Positions 49,245-61,568 are shown, counted from the stretch's first letter. The stretch is 64,000 bases of DNA from Octopus sinensis (GCF_006345805.1 NC_042998.1:197284001-197348000); one strand, 5' to 3'. Translations and numbers: made by a program. The notes: generated by a model not told the origin, from the sequence alone.

Positions 49245-49805
49245 TATGGTTTCTGATTACAAATATCTTGGGTCATACATATCATCATCTGAAAAAGATT
49301 TTCTAACTAGAAAGGATATGGCCTGGTCAGCCTGTAATGACATGCATAAGATCTGGTCATCAAATATAAGTAGAGATTTCAAACTTAAAATCTTGAAAGT
49401 CACAGTCGAACCAGTTCTACTATATGGCTCAGAAACCTGGACGTTATCAAAGAAGCTTGAGAGGTGGTTGGATGGAACTTACACTCGCCTCCTTATCAGA
49501 GCTCAAAATCTCTCGTGGAAGCGTCATCCAACCAAAATGCAAATATATGGGAAACTACCACCTGTATCATCTCTTGTGAAAGGTAGAAGAGTCCAGTTTG
49601 CTGGACATTGTTGGAGAGCTGAAAACGAGGTAATTTCTACTCTTCTCCTCTGGAAGCCATCTACTCGCGATACCCTGATGTAATCTCCAGGGATACAGGC
49701 ATCCAGCAACAGGACCTCCGTAATGCTATGATGGACCGTGGGGTCTGGCGTAGCATAGTGAATTCCATTGTCTTGACCACGGTCGAACAATGATGATGAT
49801 GATGC
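49245..49805 (+). mobile_element. second RTE-like LINE family, 3' fragment
   Basis: DYKYLGS, VLLYGSETWTL, RRVQFAGHCWR; short 3' UTR; (GAT)n tail. Confidence 0.8.
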
Positions 49806-49984
49806 TCCTCCTTTCTGCAATTACAAACATGACTACTACCACTACCATAAATAACAACAGAGGATACTAATTTAGTAGATAGTCTCAAGTAAAACACACT
49901 TATCTGAAACACAAAATAATCATCAGAGTAGAGTAACTGACAATAACAGTAAAAAAAAATAATAAAGGTTTAAATATTGAAAGT

Positions 49985-52900
49985 TTTATTTTTAACACAA
50001 AATATTAAGTAATGTAAAGAAAAAAAGATATTCTTTTTTTTTTCTCTCTTTACATTGTGGAATTTTCTTTAAGATGAAACTTGCAGGAAAAAGAAACTTT
50101 ACTGAAAGTAAATCAAATTGTTATAACATCATATAAACAAGATGTTACAGTAAACTCAAAACTGATGATGATGATGATGATGATGATAAGCTGGTTAGAG
50201 ATGTTAGTAAATGGTGGAGACAGCACGTAAAGTAACAAAAGCATTGGTTCTAACCACTATTTCTCACTCTCTCATCTTGACAGAAATTCGTTTTAGGATG
50301 ACACTCAAAAGAGTCTGACCAGCCATGACATAATTTCAGAGGAAATTTTTGTAAGAAATTGTCAAAGAATAATAGCAAAAGACAAGATAAGATGTCTGAG
50401 ATGAAAATGATGAAGAAGAAGATGCAGTCTCGCTCATACAAACCCACGTGCACACACGCATGAACCTGGAATGTACATAGTTAAGGCTGGAAGGTGTTAG
50501 AGGAAATTGAATGCAATGCTAATAATACACACTCAAAGGCTACCAAAAGAAACACCAATACAACTGTCAGAAACTAAAGATGCCAACCTCCTTACACTTA
50601 TCACCGAATTAACTGATGAAAGGGATCATTTGAGCTTATCTAGTCCTTATTTGTCTACAAGGAAAACTGGAAATCTTATAGATCCACGCTTCTTTTAAGA
50701 ATAGTAGGGTGGGAAAAGAAAGACAATATTTGTACAAGATGGAAAATTCCTTGTTCCAGATGAAGTTTTAGGGAAATTTGTGTTTTATTGAAGTTGTAAA
50801 TATATATAGATTATAAGGGTAAGAAGCAGGTGGCTCTGAAAATGTCTTAGACCTTATATTTTGGTGGAAAATGCTTTTACTTGAAATCATTAAATGCAAA
50901 TATTGTTTATTACATTAAAATACACATTTTGTTTTTGTTTTTGATTTACCATAAAAACAATTTCTCATCTTTGATTTGTCAGCAGATATTAATCAAATTT
51001 CATTTGTCAGCAGATGTTAACAACCCTAAAACATCATCTACCATTTGCAGAAAAGGGAGAAGTTAGCTAGAATCTCAATGAAGTAAGTCTTTATCAGGTA
51101 GACATCAGTTACACAATATTAATACTTTTCCTTTTAAAAAACGGAACCAACATTTGTACAATATCTCATTCATGACTATTTCTAAGGAAGGAGAGAAAAA
51201 CTGACAACATTTCAGAATGTAATCTTTCAGTTAGCAACGATAGTGTGGTAGTGATTGTGGAAGCGGTTAGTTAGCATTACCATCAATAACTTAAGCAACA
51301 AACTTGTCACTAAACTTTTATTATCACAGTAAAAAGTGATTTGGAATGGAAATGACATGGAAACAGTGCAGCCCAGTTTTACTGTACTCTTACATTGGTC
51401 TTTCAAATTGATGAATTCATTGTTACTATGATTATAATTAGTGGTTTCATTTGCTTTTATTTTTGAGACAGGCAGTTTATTAGGAAGATGAGCAAAATAT
51501 ATTTATATAGGAAATATAATTCTTCTTTTAATCCATTTTACCAAGTTCATATAGCTCGGACAGATCTCTGTGGAAGTGCTTATTTTATAAAGTTCAGTGA
51601 AATTGGATAAATGAATAGCAGATCTTTTTCTCAAACACACAAAACATAAAAGCTGGGTATATTTTCAGCTAAGCAGCTTTTACTAGACACCCAAAGGCTC
51701 AAATTTACATTAACAATGATTAAAACCCACAAATGCCTAGTCAATGTTGAATCCTCGAATGTACCAGGCCAAACAGTAAAATTAAAAAACCAAGCAAAAA
51801 TTACTCCACACTCAAAGTATTAACTCACATTCTTGATGTTAAATGTTAAGGTGAAACAGTAAAATTAACAGAATTATATAATGAACAAAAAAAAAACAAA
51901 AAATGGAAAAATTAAATCCAAACATGACTGAAACATAAAAAAACAAAAAAACAAAATGCATTTGTCAAGTATTTTTGATTTCAGAATGAAAATGTCTTGA
52001 ATACAGCAGTCAGTTCTAATTGCAGAAAACACTTCATCCATAATGTGTTTCTCATGGAATTATGTCACAGAATACAATTAGTTATGTTAATAAAGTGATT
52101 GGCTCTTTTGATTGGATATATTTAGTAGTGAACATGAACATAAGCATACATACACAAATATATATATATACAATAACATACATACTTTGTAGGAAACGAA
52201 CATACATATGTATATATCCTTGGCTACCAAATTACCAATAATACTACACCTTTATCAAGTAATTACTCTGGAAAGGTAGGCATCCAGTAATCTTAGTCTA
52301 TCATACATACACAAAATGTGCAACTAGTAAATTACTAGAGTGACAGGGGCCTAAATACATTATTGGAGGTGATTAAGGACTTGGTTGATTGTGACTGAGA
52401 TCCCAACCATACTGATAGGTATAACTGAGGTCCACCCAAATGATTGAGGTCCCAACTATGGTACCGGGTATAATTGAAATACCCACAATATTGTTGGATG
52501 TAATTGATTGAGTTTTTAAATACCTGTTTGAGGTAATCAAGGTCAGTCTTAATTTCACTGGTGAATGTAACTGCGGTTTGGGATCCTAACTGCACCTTTA
52601 AGGGGTCACAAATACAATATTTAATACAACTAGGGGTGTCTCAATTACTCTTAACTGTGACCGAGATCCTTAATATTCACCACTGTAGGAGCTAGATACC
52701 CTGTTTACTATTCCATGTTCATCTGATGGACATGATACCTGTACACATGATGTATGTACACGTGGGTAAATGTGTGATGTAATGAGAGGAAGAGACTGGA
52801 GTATACTAAGTGGTTACAATTGACTTATATGAAGTACCAGGATGAAACAAACCTTCAGTAAAAATTAGATGATTTGAAGAATGAATGGTTAAAACACATG

Positions 52901-53328
52901 TACACATTAAAAATCTGAAAACTTTTTGCTGGATTACAATACAGAAAATATATATATGAAACACTTCGCAGATTGTTATGTCCACAGCTCATATTGGTCC
53001 ATGATCTAAGCCCTTACTTCTGGGATTGTCTTGTTGTGACAGCTCATGCTGGTCCATGATGCAGCCTCCTGCTTTTGCAACGGAGCAACAGCAAGAAAAT
53101 GGTCCCTTGTATATAGGTGTAAAAAAAAAACAAAAAAAATCAAAAACCCAGTTCCATCGCAAATGGAAAGTGCTAGGTCCAACCTAACTGTCATGGAATT
53201 ATCTTTCATTGGTGCTTGGAATCATTCTTACCAGGCATTGATAATGAATATGTACAGTTTTGTTTCTTTCATACAGGAAACTGACTGAAATAGACAAGAG
53301 ATTTTTTTTAGAGAGAGTCTCTGTGTTT
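49985..53328 (-). other. putative long 3' UTR of the RhoGAP gene
   Basis: ~3.3 kb free of the abundant SINEs/LINEs, U-rich on the minus strand, several AATAAA (distal one at 49990-49985). Confidence 0.45.
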
Positions 53329-53871
53329 TCAGCAGATACATGGTAAATGCTTGATTAGTTCCTGAGTGAAACTGGCCTTTTTTTTATTGAGATCTATCTC
53401 TCGGCGAACTTCATCTAGAAAAATCTTCGGTACAATACCAACACGAGGTGCAATGTTAATCAATTTCTCCAACACCTTAATTTCGCTTTCAAGACCTTTG
53501 GCAACCTTAAGGGGATCGCTAAAGCCACTTCCACTACCTTTGCCCTTAGACTGGCTAATTATGCTTGGCGTCAGCACAACTGCTAGGTTTTTAGCAGTCA
53601 TGCCATTCATGTCTGAATAAGAGGCAACTTTTGCCAAAAATAAAGTGAGGAAGCGCAGTGTGTAGAGATGTTCATATGGCAGCAGTAGACAAAGCAGTAA
53701 GAGGGAAGCATCAGCGAATTTGGAATCATCATGTTGGACGACATGCATAAAGCTGTCATGGTAGAGATTGGTCAGCAGTGGTTCCTTCAGTTTACGGAAG
53801 AAAGTCTTTACAAGATCAGTGATATCAAACAAAGTTGCTATGGAGAAATCCATGTTAGCTTCAATGTCAGC
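53329..53871 (-). CDS. RhoGAP (ARHGAP11-like) terminal exon, C-terminal half of the GAP domain
   Basis: DLVKTFFRKLKEPLL...LRFLTLFLAKV...MTAKNLAVVLTPSI; acceptor T10-CCATTGCAG; ends HLPCIC*. Confidence 0.9.
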   Translation of the reverse strand, partial: ADIEANMDFSIATLFDITDLVKTFFRKLKEPLLTNLYHDSFMHVVQHDDSKFADASLLLLCLLLPYEHLYTLRFLTLFLAKVASYSDMNGMTAKNLAVVLTPSIISQSKGKGSGSGFSDPLKVAKGLESEIKVLEKLINIAPRVGIVPKIFLDEVRREIDLNKKKASFTQELIKHLPCIC

Positions 53872-53910
53872 CTGCAATGGAAAAAAAAAATGTAGCTTAG
53901 AGATAGAGAA

Positions 53911-54245
53911 GTTAGTTAGTTAGTTAGTTAATTTTTTGGCTCAAAAAGCAAAAAGCAAGGCCATGTAGGGGGACATGGAGTTATGTACAGGGTGGTGTTC
54001 ATGTAAAGAGTTCTGGCCATTTCTGGTCAAGAGAGACTTTGAACCGAGCGGTCGTCGGCATCTTCACTATCTCGTCTGGCAGCTTATTCCACGGATCCGC
54101 AACCCGGACGGAGAAAGCCCCTCTCCTTCGATCGAGATGAAATCGTCACAGATAGAGCTTTTCGGAATGACCCCGCAACCGACGCTCAGGAACAGGAGTG
54201 AAGAACAGTTCTTTCGAGAGGTTACACTTTCCGCTTGAGAAGTCA
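53911..54245 (-). mobile_element. second CR1 family, 3' fragment with (TAAC)n tail
   Basis: Encodes AFSVRVADPWNKLPDEIV; the tail ends ~40 nt upstream of the RhoGAP acceptor. Confidence 0.8.
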
Positions 54246-54404
54246 CAGAAAACAAAATAAAAATAGCATTGTAAAAACAGACAAATCAAGATCAGGCATG
54301 TTTCTATGGCCTTCACTAGATATTTCAGTACAAAAGATCTGGGTTTTTTTCTGCCTACATTGATAGGTTTCTGTAGATTTGTATCCAATTGTAGCTTTTT
54401 ACAG

Positions 54405-54959
54405 TTAACCCTTTCGTTACCAATCCGCCCAAAGCCGCCCGAAAAAAATTTTGGTTCATGTGACCAAACCGCCCAAAGCCGTCCGTATTTACCTATTCAT
54501 ATTTAAATGAGAATATCAGAGCAAATCTCTTTAGTACATTCATGAAAACACGTGATTATACTTCGTAAACAGTTCATCTACAGTTTTGTACAACGATCGA
54601 AGTGTAATTTTAATTCCGTGAATTTTGGGAGATTTTTTTCCGAAATTTGTTCCTATTGTATTTTCAAAATTTGTAATTCTGACAAAAAATGGATACGAAT
54701 TTCATTATATCAAGCAGCGAGTCACAAATTTAGTCTGGTTTCATTAAACAACTATAACTTTTTTATTTATCAATATATTAATGTGATTTTTGGAAGATTT
54801 TTGGAACATTTCATTAAATTATCTTCCAAAAATCACATTAATAAATAAAAAAGTTATAGTTGTTTAATGAAACCAGACTAAATCTACGATTATGTTAGAA
54901 ATTAATTGAAACACATAAGGGGTGTATTTTGGTCACAAATATGGTAACGAAAGGGTTAA
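54405..54959. mobile_element. piggyBac-type MITE with internal palindrome
   Basis: TTAA|CCCTTTCGTTACC ... GGTAACGAAAGGG|TTAA; internal hairpin 54728-54883. Confidence 0.85.
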
Positions 54960-54969
54960 CTGTCTTTGT

Positions 54970-55237
54970 AATCAAAATTAAAATCGAAATCAATCAAAAA
55001 ATCAATGGAAATTGTAGTTGTGACACCAGTGCCTTGACTGGCTTCCATGCCAGTGGCACGTAGAAAGCACCCACTACACTCATGGAGAGGTTGGCATTAG
55101 GAAGGGCATCCAGCTGTAGAAACACTGCTAGATCAGACTGGAGCCTGGTGCAGCCTCCTGGCTTCCTAGACCCCGGTCGAACCGTCCAACCCATGCTAGC
55201 ATGGAAAGCAGACGTTAAACGATGGTGATGATGATGT
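54970..55237 (+). mobile_element. RTE 3' UTR fragment
   Basis: Module, palindrome and tail. Confidence 0.75.
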
Positions 55238-55289
55238 GATGAAAAGACTAAAACAGAATATAATTGTGCTACACTCAAAATATACTTAC

Positions 55290-55392
55290 CGACACCTGTT
55301 TCTGTCGCTGATGGGATCCAGAACGTCGGAAAATGCCTTCCATTTTGAAATATTCATTCTTCTCAATGTATTCAAAAGCACGTAAAAGGAAT
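55290..55392 (-). CDS. RhoGAP exon with the arginine finger (FLLRAFEYIEKNEYFKMEGIFRRSGSHQRQKQVS)
   Basis: EGIFRRSG motif; acceptor TTTTAAAG, donor TCG|GTAAGT; phase 2 to 0. Confidence 0.92.
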
Positions 55393-55755
55393 CTTTAAAA
55401 GACAAAATTATCAAAATAAATATAAACCCTTAAAGTTTAAAAAAGAAAAAATTCAAATGTTACTAAAGATTATCTCCCTTGCATCACATTTCTCTACCGA
55501 ATATTTAATCAAGGACGACTTGCGTTTTTAGTTATTTTTGGTGGTTACCAGTGTATTGATTATATTAGTACAGGGCTGTAATATTGTACTTGGAGTATCC
55601 AATCATCCTACGACAGAGGGTCTACCTGTAGGTGATTGTTTAAATGCATAATTACTGGTACAAGTCACTGAGGTAAATGTCAAACGTTATTAAGACTATT
55701 TCAATTTTACAGTGTTTTATATATATTAATATATATATTATATATATATATATAT

Positions 55756-56171
55756 ACTCTTTTACTTGTTTTAGTAATTTGACTTCAGCCATGCTAGAGC
55801 AACACCTTTGGTTTGGCAAACCGACCCCAGGACTTACTTTGTAAGCCTAGTACTTATTCTATCGGTCTCTTTTGCCAAACCGCTAAGTTACAGGGATGTA
55901 AACACACCAGCATCAGTTGTCAAGCGATGTTGCGGGGACAAACACAGACACAAAAGCATATATATATATATATTCTTTTACTTGTTTCAGTCAATTGACT
56001 GCGGCCATGCGGGAGCACCACCTTTAGTCAAACAACTTGACCCCGGGACTTATTCTTTGTAAGCCCAGTACTTAGTCTATCGGTCTCTTTTCGCCGAACT
56101 GCTAAGTGACGGGACGTAAACACACCAGCATCGGTTGTCAAGTAATGCTAGGAGGGCAAACACAGACACAC

Positions 56172-56202
<31 letters not shown>

Positions 56203-56425
56203 ATATATATATATACTACAGGCTTCTTTCAGTTTCCGTCTACCAAATCCACTCACAAGGCATTGGTCGGCCCGGGGCTATAGCAGAAGACACTTGCCCA
56301 AGATGCCACGCAGTGGGACTGAACCTGGAACCATGTGGTTGGTAAACAAGCTACTTACCACACAGCCACTATATACATATATACGATGGGCTTCTTTCAG
56401 TTTCCGTCTACCAAATCCATTCACA
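55756..56425 (-). mobile_element. SINE A nested in the microsatellite of an older SINE A
   Basis: Outer 55756-55973 plus 56371-56425; inner 55974-56370. Confidence 0.75.
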
Positions 56426-56750
56426 ATAAAAACAATACATACTACAGCTCACTGTCGAAGATCAATCATGAATTGAAACTTTGTGAATAACAGACCAGAT
56501 CTGTTGTCTTAAATGCTTTTTCAGTTTCTATAACATTTGTAAACCTACTTCAAACCCATTTCTGACACAACCTAACAGTTATTCATAACATAGCTTGACT
56601 TTTAATATTTCAATCAATTGTTTTGACTACAAAAATCATTGCCCTTTGTACAGATCTGGATCTGACAACTGAATATTTTAGATGACCTAGCTAGTTGATC
56701 TTCAAACTAGTCAACGTCTTTACTGTTCATTCTTTAAGGCATGGAGATTT

Positions 56751-57165
56751 AAGGTGGCGAGCTGGCAGAAACGTTAGCATGCCGGGCGAAATGCGTAGCC
56801 GTATTTCGTCTGCCGTTACGTTCTGAGTTCAAATTCCGCCGAGCTCGACTTATCCTTTCGGGGTCGATTAAATAAGTACCAGTTACGCACTGGGGTCGAT
56901 GTAATCAACTTGATACCTTTGTCTGTCCTTGTTTGTCCCCTCTATGTTTAGCCCCTTGTGGGTAGTAAAGAAATAGGTATTTCGTCTGCTGTTACGTTCT
57001 GAGTTCAAATTCCGCTGAGGTCGACTTTGCCTTTCATCCTTTCGGGAGTCGATTAAATAAGTACCAGTTACACACTGAGGTCGATGTAATCGACTTAATC
57101 TGTTTGTCTGTCCTTGTTTGTCCTCTCTGTGTTTAGCCCCTTGTGGGTAGTAAAGAAATAGGTAT
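56751..57165 (+). mobile_element. SINE B head-to-tail dimer
   Basis: Same AAATAG|GTATTTCGTCTG junction as at 40424. Confidence 0.85.
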
Positions 57166-57392
57166 GGAGATGTGAGTTTTAGTTTTCCTCAACAGTCTTT
57201 CATTGTTGTCATTGTTACAATGACACTACTTACTCTTCATTATGCTCAACATAACACCACATCTGGAAAAGTCTTTAAACTACTATTTAATCTCCAGACA
57301 ATATCAAAGATTACAAAATTGTGCTTTTGTTCAGTTTTAAAGATTTAATGTCCAGAAAGTAGGAAAAAATATTGAATAAAGTAACTACTTAC

Positions 57393-57475
57393 GTTGGTAC
57401 AAGTCCAAAGTCATCAGTGGGATAGAAGGGCACATACGTTAGATAATTTCCGAATGTCTGGCTTGAATGATCATA
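57393..57475 (-). CDS. RhoGAP exon, start of the GAP domain (YDHSSQTFGNYLTYVPFYPTDDFGLVP)
   Basis: FG...VP pattern preceding the GAP helices; acceptor TTTTCTTCCAG, donor AAC|GTAAGT; phase 0 to 2. Confidence 0.85.
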
Positions 57476-58056
57476 CTGGAAGAAAAAAAACAAAAACAAA
57501 AGTTAAACAAAGGTTTTTACATCAGTATTCAATGGCTAGGAAATTGTGATGGTCTTGTTTCCTAGGTGGTATGATACATAGTAAGGTAGTATTAAATTGG
57601 CTGATCATTGAGAACCTAATACCACACCTTGTTGCTACACACATGCAACAGGAGCAATTGATAAAATCAACACAAGAGGCAAGACAGAATGGGATGTAGA
57701 AAATATTACTGATTAGCAACAATAACAACAACAGCAGCATGAACCCTTCTATATATCTGCAGAGTGAAGGGTAACAGAAAACAGTTAAGAATGACGAAGG
57801 CCCTAATTATGAGCAGAAAATCAAGTGTTGAAGTATTTAAATATTATCTCCAGCAAATAAGACATCCTGATAAAGGAAATGGGTGATGTCTGTTAACTGT
57901 GTGCTTGTGTGTGTTTTGATTTACGCTCAACAGGAAGCAGGGAGAAAAGTTTATGTACCCAGATTGATTCTATCAGCGTGTATGTGTAACGAGCATGAGT
58001 GCATACGAGAGGATGAGCTCATTAGTATAATTGTGTGCATGAGTGTCTGTGTTTAT

Positions 58057-58895
58057 GTTAGTTGTCGGAGCACTGCATCCTTCAAAACTTCCATGCTTTC
58101 TGAGATTCGCCAACACTACACCTGATTTTCTCCCCTCCATACACACGCTGAAGCATGGAACAAACTGCCGGCATCAGTTGTTAGTTGTCGGAGCACTGCA
58201 TCCTTCAAAACTTCCATGCTTTCTGAGATTCGCCAACACTACACCTGATTTTCTCCCCTCCATACACACGCTGAAGCATGGAACAAACTGCTGGCATCAG
58301 TGTTAGTTGTCGGAGCACTGCATCCTTCAAAACTTCCATGCTTTCTGAGATTCGCCAAAACTACACCTGATTTTCTCCCCTCCATACACACGCTGAAGCA
58401 TGGAACAAACTGCTGGCATCAGTTTTAGTTGTCGGAGCAATGCATCCTTCAAAACTTCCATGCTTTCTGAGATTCGCCAACACTACACCTGATTTTCTCC
58501 CCTCCATACACACGCTGAAGCATGGAACAAACTGCCGGCATCAGTTGTTAGTTGTCGGAGCAATGCATCCTTCAAAACTTCCATGCTTCCTGAGATTCGC
58601 CAACACTACACCTGATTTTCTCTCCCCTCCATACACACGCTGAAGCATGGAACAAACTGCTGGCATCAGTTGTTAGTTGTCGGAGCAATGCATCCTTCAA
58701 AACTTCCATGCTTTCTGAGATTTGCCAACACTACACCTGATTTTCTCCTCTCCATACACACACAGGCATCTATCTGACTCATACATTGTTCGCTTTCCAG
58801 ACATTTTTACATTACTGCATATGCTTTATATGCACTTTTGACAAGTTGTGGTGCACCTGAGCACTGTATACAATAATCTCATCATTATTATTATT
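58057..58895 (+). repeat. tandem array of six ~122-bp CR1 3'-end units, then the normal CR1 tail
   Basis: GTTGTCGGAGCA recurs six times at ~122-bp spacing. Confidence 0.9.
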
Positions 58896-59129
58896 TATAA
58901 ATAACTAGATGTGTGTGAGGATGAGTGTGTATGAATTCAGGAATATGGTTTGTGTGTGTGAGAGAGAGAGAGAGAACAAAGCTGTCTATATTTGTATGTA
59001 CAAGAGTGCATGTATGTACGTATGTAATACTGCATATAGTTAAGTTTCAAGAGTATAAAACAATAGTAAATGGTCAAATAAATGTTATTTTATATTACAA
59101 CAAGCTATTATACAATAGTACTGAATCAT

Positions 59130-59350
59130 ATATATATATATATATATATATATGGCTCAGTACTATTTTCTTTTCTTTCCTCCACCTCACTCTCTATTTT
59201 GTATCCTATCTAAATTAACTATTGCTTAACCATCCCCTCACATTGTCTCTGATGAAGGGATATAATAAATATCCTGGAAACAGCTGTAAGACCTATCTAT
59301 AAATGTTCTAAAATCTACTCAGCCTTGGTTTTTTATCTCATTACAAAAAA
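59130..59350 (+). mobile_element. Penelope-like solo repeat flanked by (TA)n
   Basis: Non-coding block between TA microsatellites containing a hammerhead; the class is inferred. Confidence 0.5.
59240..59306 (+). ncRNA. minimal type I hammerhead ribozyme
   Basis: GTCT-CTGATGA-aGGGATAT(aataa)ATATCCTg-GAA-ACAG/CTGT-A^AGAC; complete catalytic core, GUA cleavage triplet (cut 59288/59289), palindromic loop-less stem III; 10.1-11.1 pair is A.G. Confidence 0.75.
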
Positions 59351-59489
59351 ATTTTTATACATATATATATATAGAGAGAGAGAAGAGTACTTGATACATG
59401 TAAGATACTTGTAGGGAATTTTCAGTTCCTAATGATTAAGTCTTTTGATGATCTCTACATTATATTTAAATATAATCAGTATAAGCGTA

Positions 59490-59647
59490 AGAGTGGCTGT
59501 GTGGTAAGTAGCTTGCTTACCAACCACATGGTTCTGGGTTCAGTCCCACTGTGTGGCACCTTGGGCAAGTAGTCTTCTACTATAGCCACAGGCCGACCAA
59601 AGCCTTGTGAGTGGATTTAGTAAACGGAAACTGAAAGAAGCCCGTCG

Positions 59648-59689
<42 letters not shown>

Positions 59690-59912
59690 GGTGTGTGTAC
59701 ATGTGTGTATATGTCTGTGTTTGTCTCCCAACATCGCTTGACAACCGATGCTGGTGTGTTTACATCCCTGTAACTTAGCAGTTCGGCCAAAAGAGACCGA
59801 TAGAATAAGTACTAGGCTTACAAAAGAATAAGTCCTGGAGTCGTCGATTTGCTCAACTAAAGGCGGTGCTCCAGCATGGCCACAATCAACTGACTGAAAC
59901 AAGTAAAAGAGT
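59490..59912 (+). mobile_element. SINE family A
   Basis: Full-length copy with expanded (TA)(TG) tract. Confidence 0.85.
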
Positions 59913-60227
59913 ACTGCTTTAAAAATCTCAGTTATTCCCCTTTGTTCTCTATCGCACCATCACCTACATCTAGTTTGTTACAATCTTTTGTCATCCACCT
60001 TGATGAAATTCAGCTTGCGACAACGTTTCGCTACTTGCCATAATATCTTGGAAAAGAAGTGGTGAAGTAGTTTTGGAAAATGATAATGGAGGACGGGGCA
60101 AAAAAGAGCGAGGCACTCAGTTCTAAACCTTTCCAACCCATTCTTACTGGTCAGTATCAGAAAGTTATCCAAAGCTCATTAGGTCACCTAGGTGACGGAA
60201 GCTATAAACTATTTCCAGAAAGCATAA

Positions 60228-60545
60228 ATATCATCATCATCATTTAACATCCGCTTTCCATGCTAGCATGAGTTGGACGATTTGACTGGGGTCTGGGAAG
60301 CCAGGAGGCTGCACCAGGCTCCAGTCTGATCTGGCAGTGTTTCTACAGCTGGATGCCCTTCCTAACGCCAACCACTCCGTGAGTGTAGTGGGTGCTTTTT
60401 ACGTGCCACCGGCACGACGCTGGCAACGGCCACGTTTGGATGGTTCTTTTACATGCCACCCGGCACTGGTATCACAACTACAATCTCCATTGATTTTTGA
60501 GCGATTTCAATCACAATTTCACTTGCCTCAACAGGTCTTCGCAAA
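60228..60545 (-). mobile_element. RTE 3' UTR fragment
   Basis: (CAT)n followed by the reverse complement of the RTE 3' end. Confidence 0.75.
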
Positions 60546-60849
60546 TGGTGCAAAGACATGTCCAGACAGCAACAGGCCTGATAAGAACACAGCTTATCAT
60601 CTGAAACTTCTTTTTGTATTGGTTGACAGAGGCATTGTTTGTTATAATAGTGTTTCAGTAATATTTAGGTGTTGTATTAGTTCTCCTCTGCAATCATTCT
60701 AATACTCGACAGTCATTGTACAATCATTATCTACGGCAGTTATAAGTAGTAAAGACTAGAAGAATACATCTATTTTTAATTTATGTACAATTATGTAGGT
60801 TATTGGTTGACAGAAGCACTTGTTTATTACAAACGTGCTTTAAGGACAA

Positions 60850-61216
60850 ATTGATTTCTGCACCAACAGATCGTGGCCATTGCCAGCCTCGCCTGGCCTC
60901 CGTGCCGGTGGCACGTAAAAGGCACCATCCAATCGTGGCCGTTGCCAGCCCCGTCTGGCCTCCGTGCCAGTGGCATGTAAAAAGCACCATCCGATCGTGG
61001 CCGTAGCCAGCCTCGCCTGGCACCTGAGCCGGTGACACGTAAAAAGCACCCACTACACTCACGGAGTGGTTGGCGTTAGGAAGGGCATCCAGCCGTAAAA
61101 ACTCTGCCAGATTAAGATTGGAGCCTGGTGCAGCCTCCTGGCTTCTCAGACCCCGGTCAAACCATCCAACCCATGCTAGCATGGAAAACGGACGTTAAAC
61201 GATGATGATGATGATG
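60850..61216 (+). mobile_element. RTE 3' UTR fragment
   Basis: Several modules and tail. Confidence 0.8.
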
Positions 61217-61534
61217 ACTCTCATTCTATTACCCAACAGATATTGCGTGGACGTTACCTCATCAATAAGTAGACGAGTTTATCGTACATAGACCCCTCTA
61301 CACACAGCAGGTTATATACATACCCTACATCAGCTTCTACATATCCATATTTTAACACACAAATACACCACACACACGACCTCGTGTACAGACACGCATA
61401 CACTGCAACAATACGACCCCTTTACACGCAGCGTACATGGCATGCACAGGTACACACACACTGTAATAGTGCTCTCTCTCCACACAAAACAGTACATGTC
61501 AGGCATATACATATTAGCACACACTCCACTCAAG

Positions 61535-61568
<34 letters not shown>

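Noticed and set aside
52335-52680. Degenerate short repeats (ACTGAGATCCCAAC-like) with small ORFs
   Set aside because: No stable period or homology; probably an old decayed element or UTR sequence
59999-60041. Candidate RhoGAP first exon MASSETLSQAEFHQ in a CpG-richer patch
   Set aside because: Ends in phase 1 while exon 57475 needs phase 0, and I found no bridging exon; left unresolved
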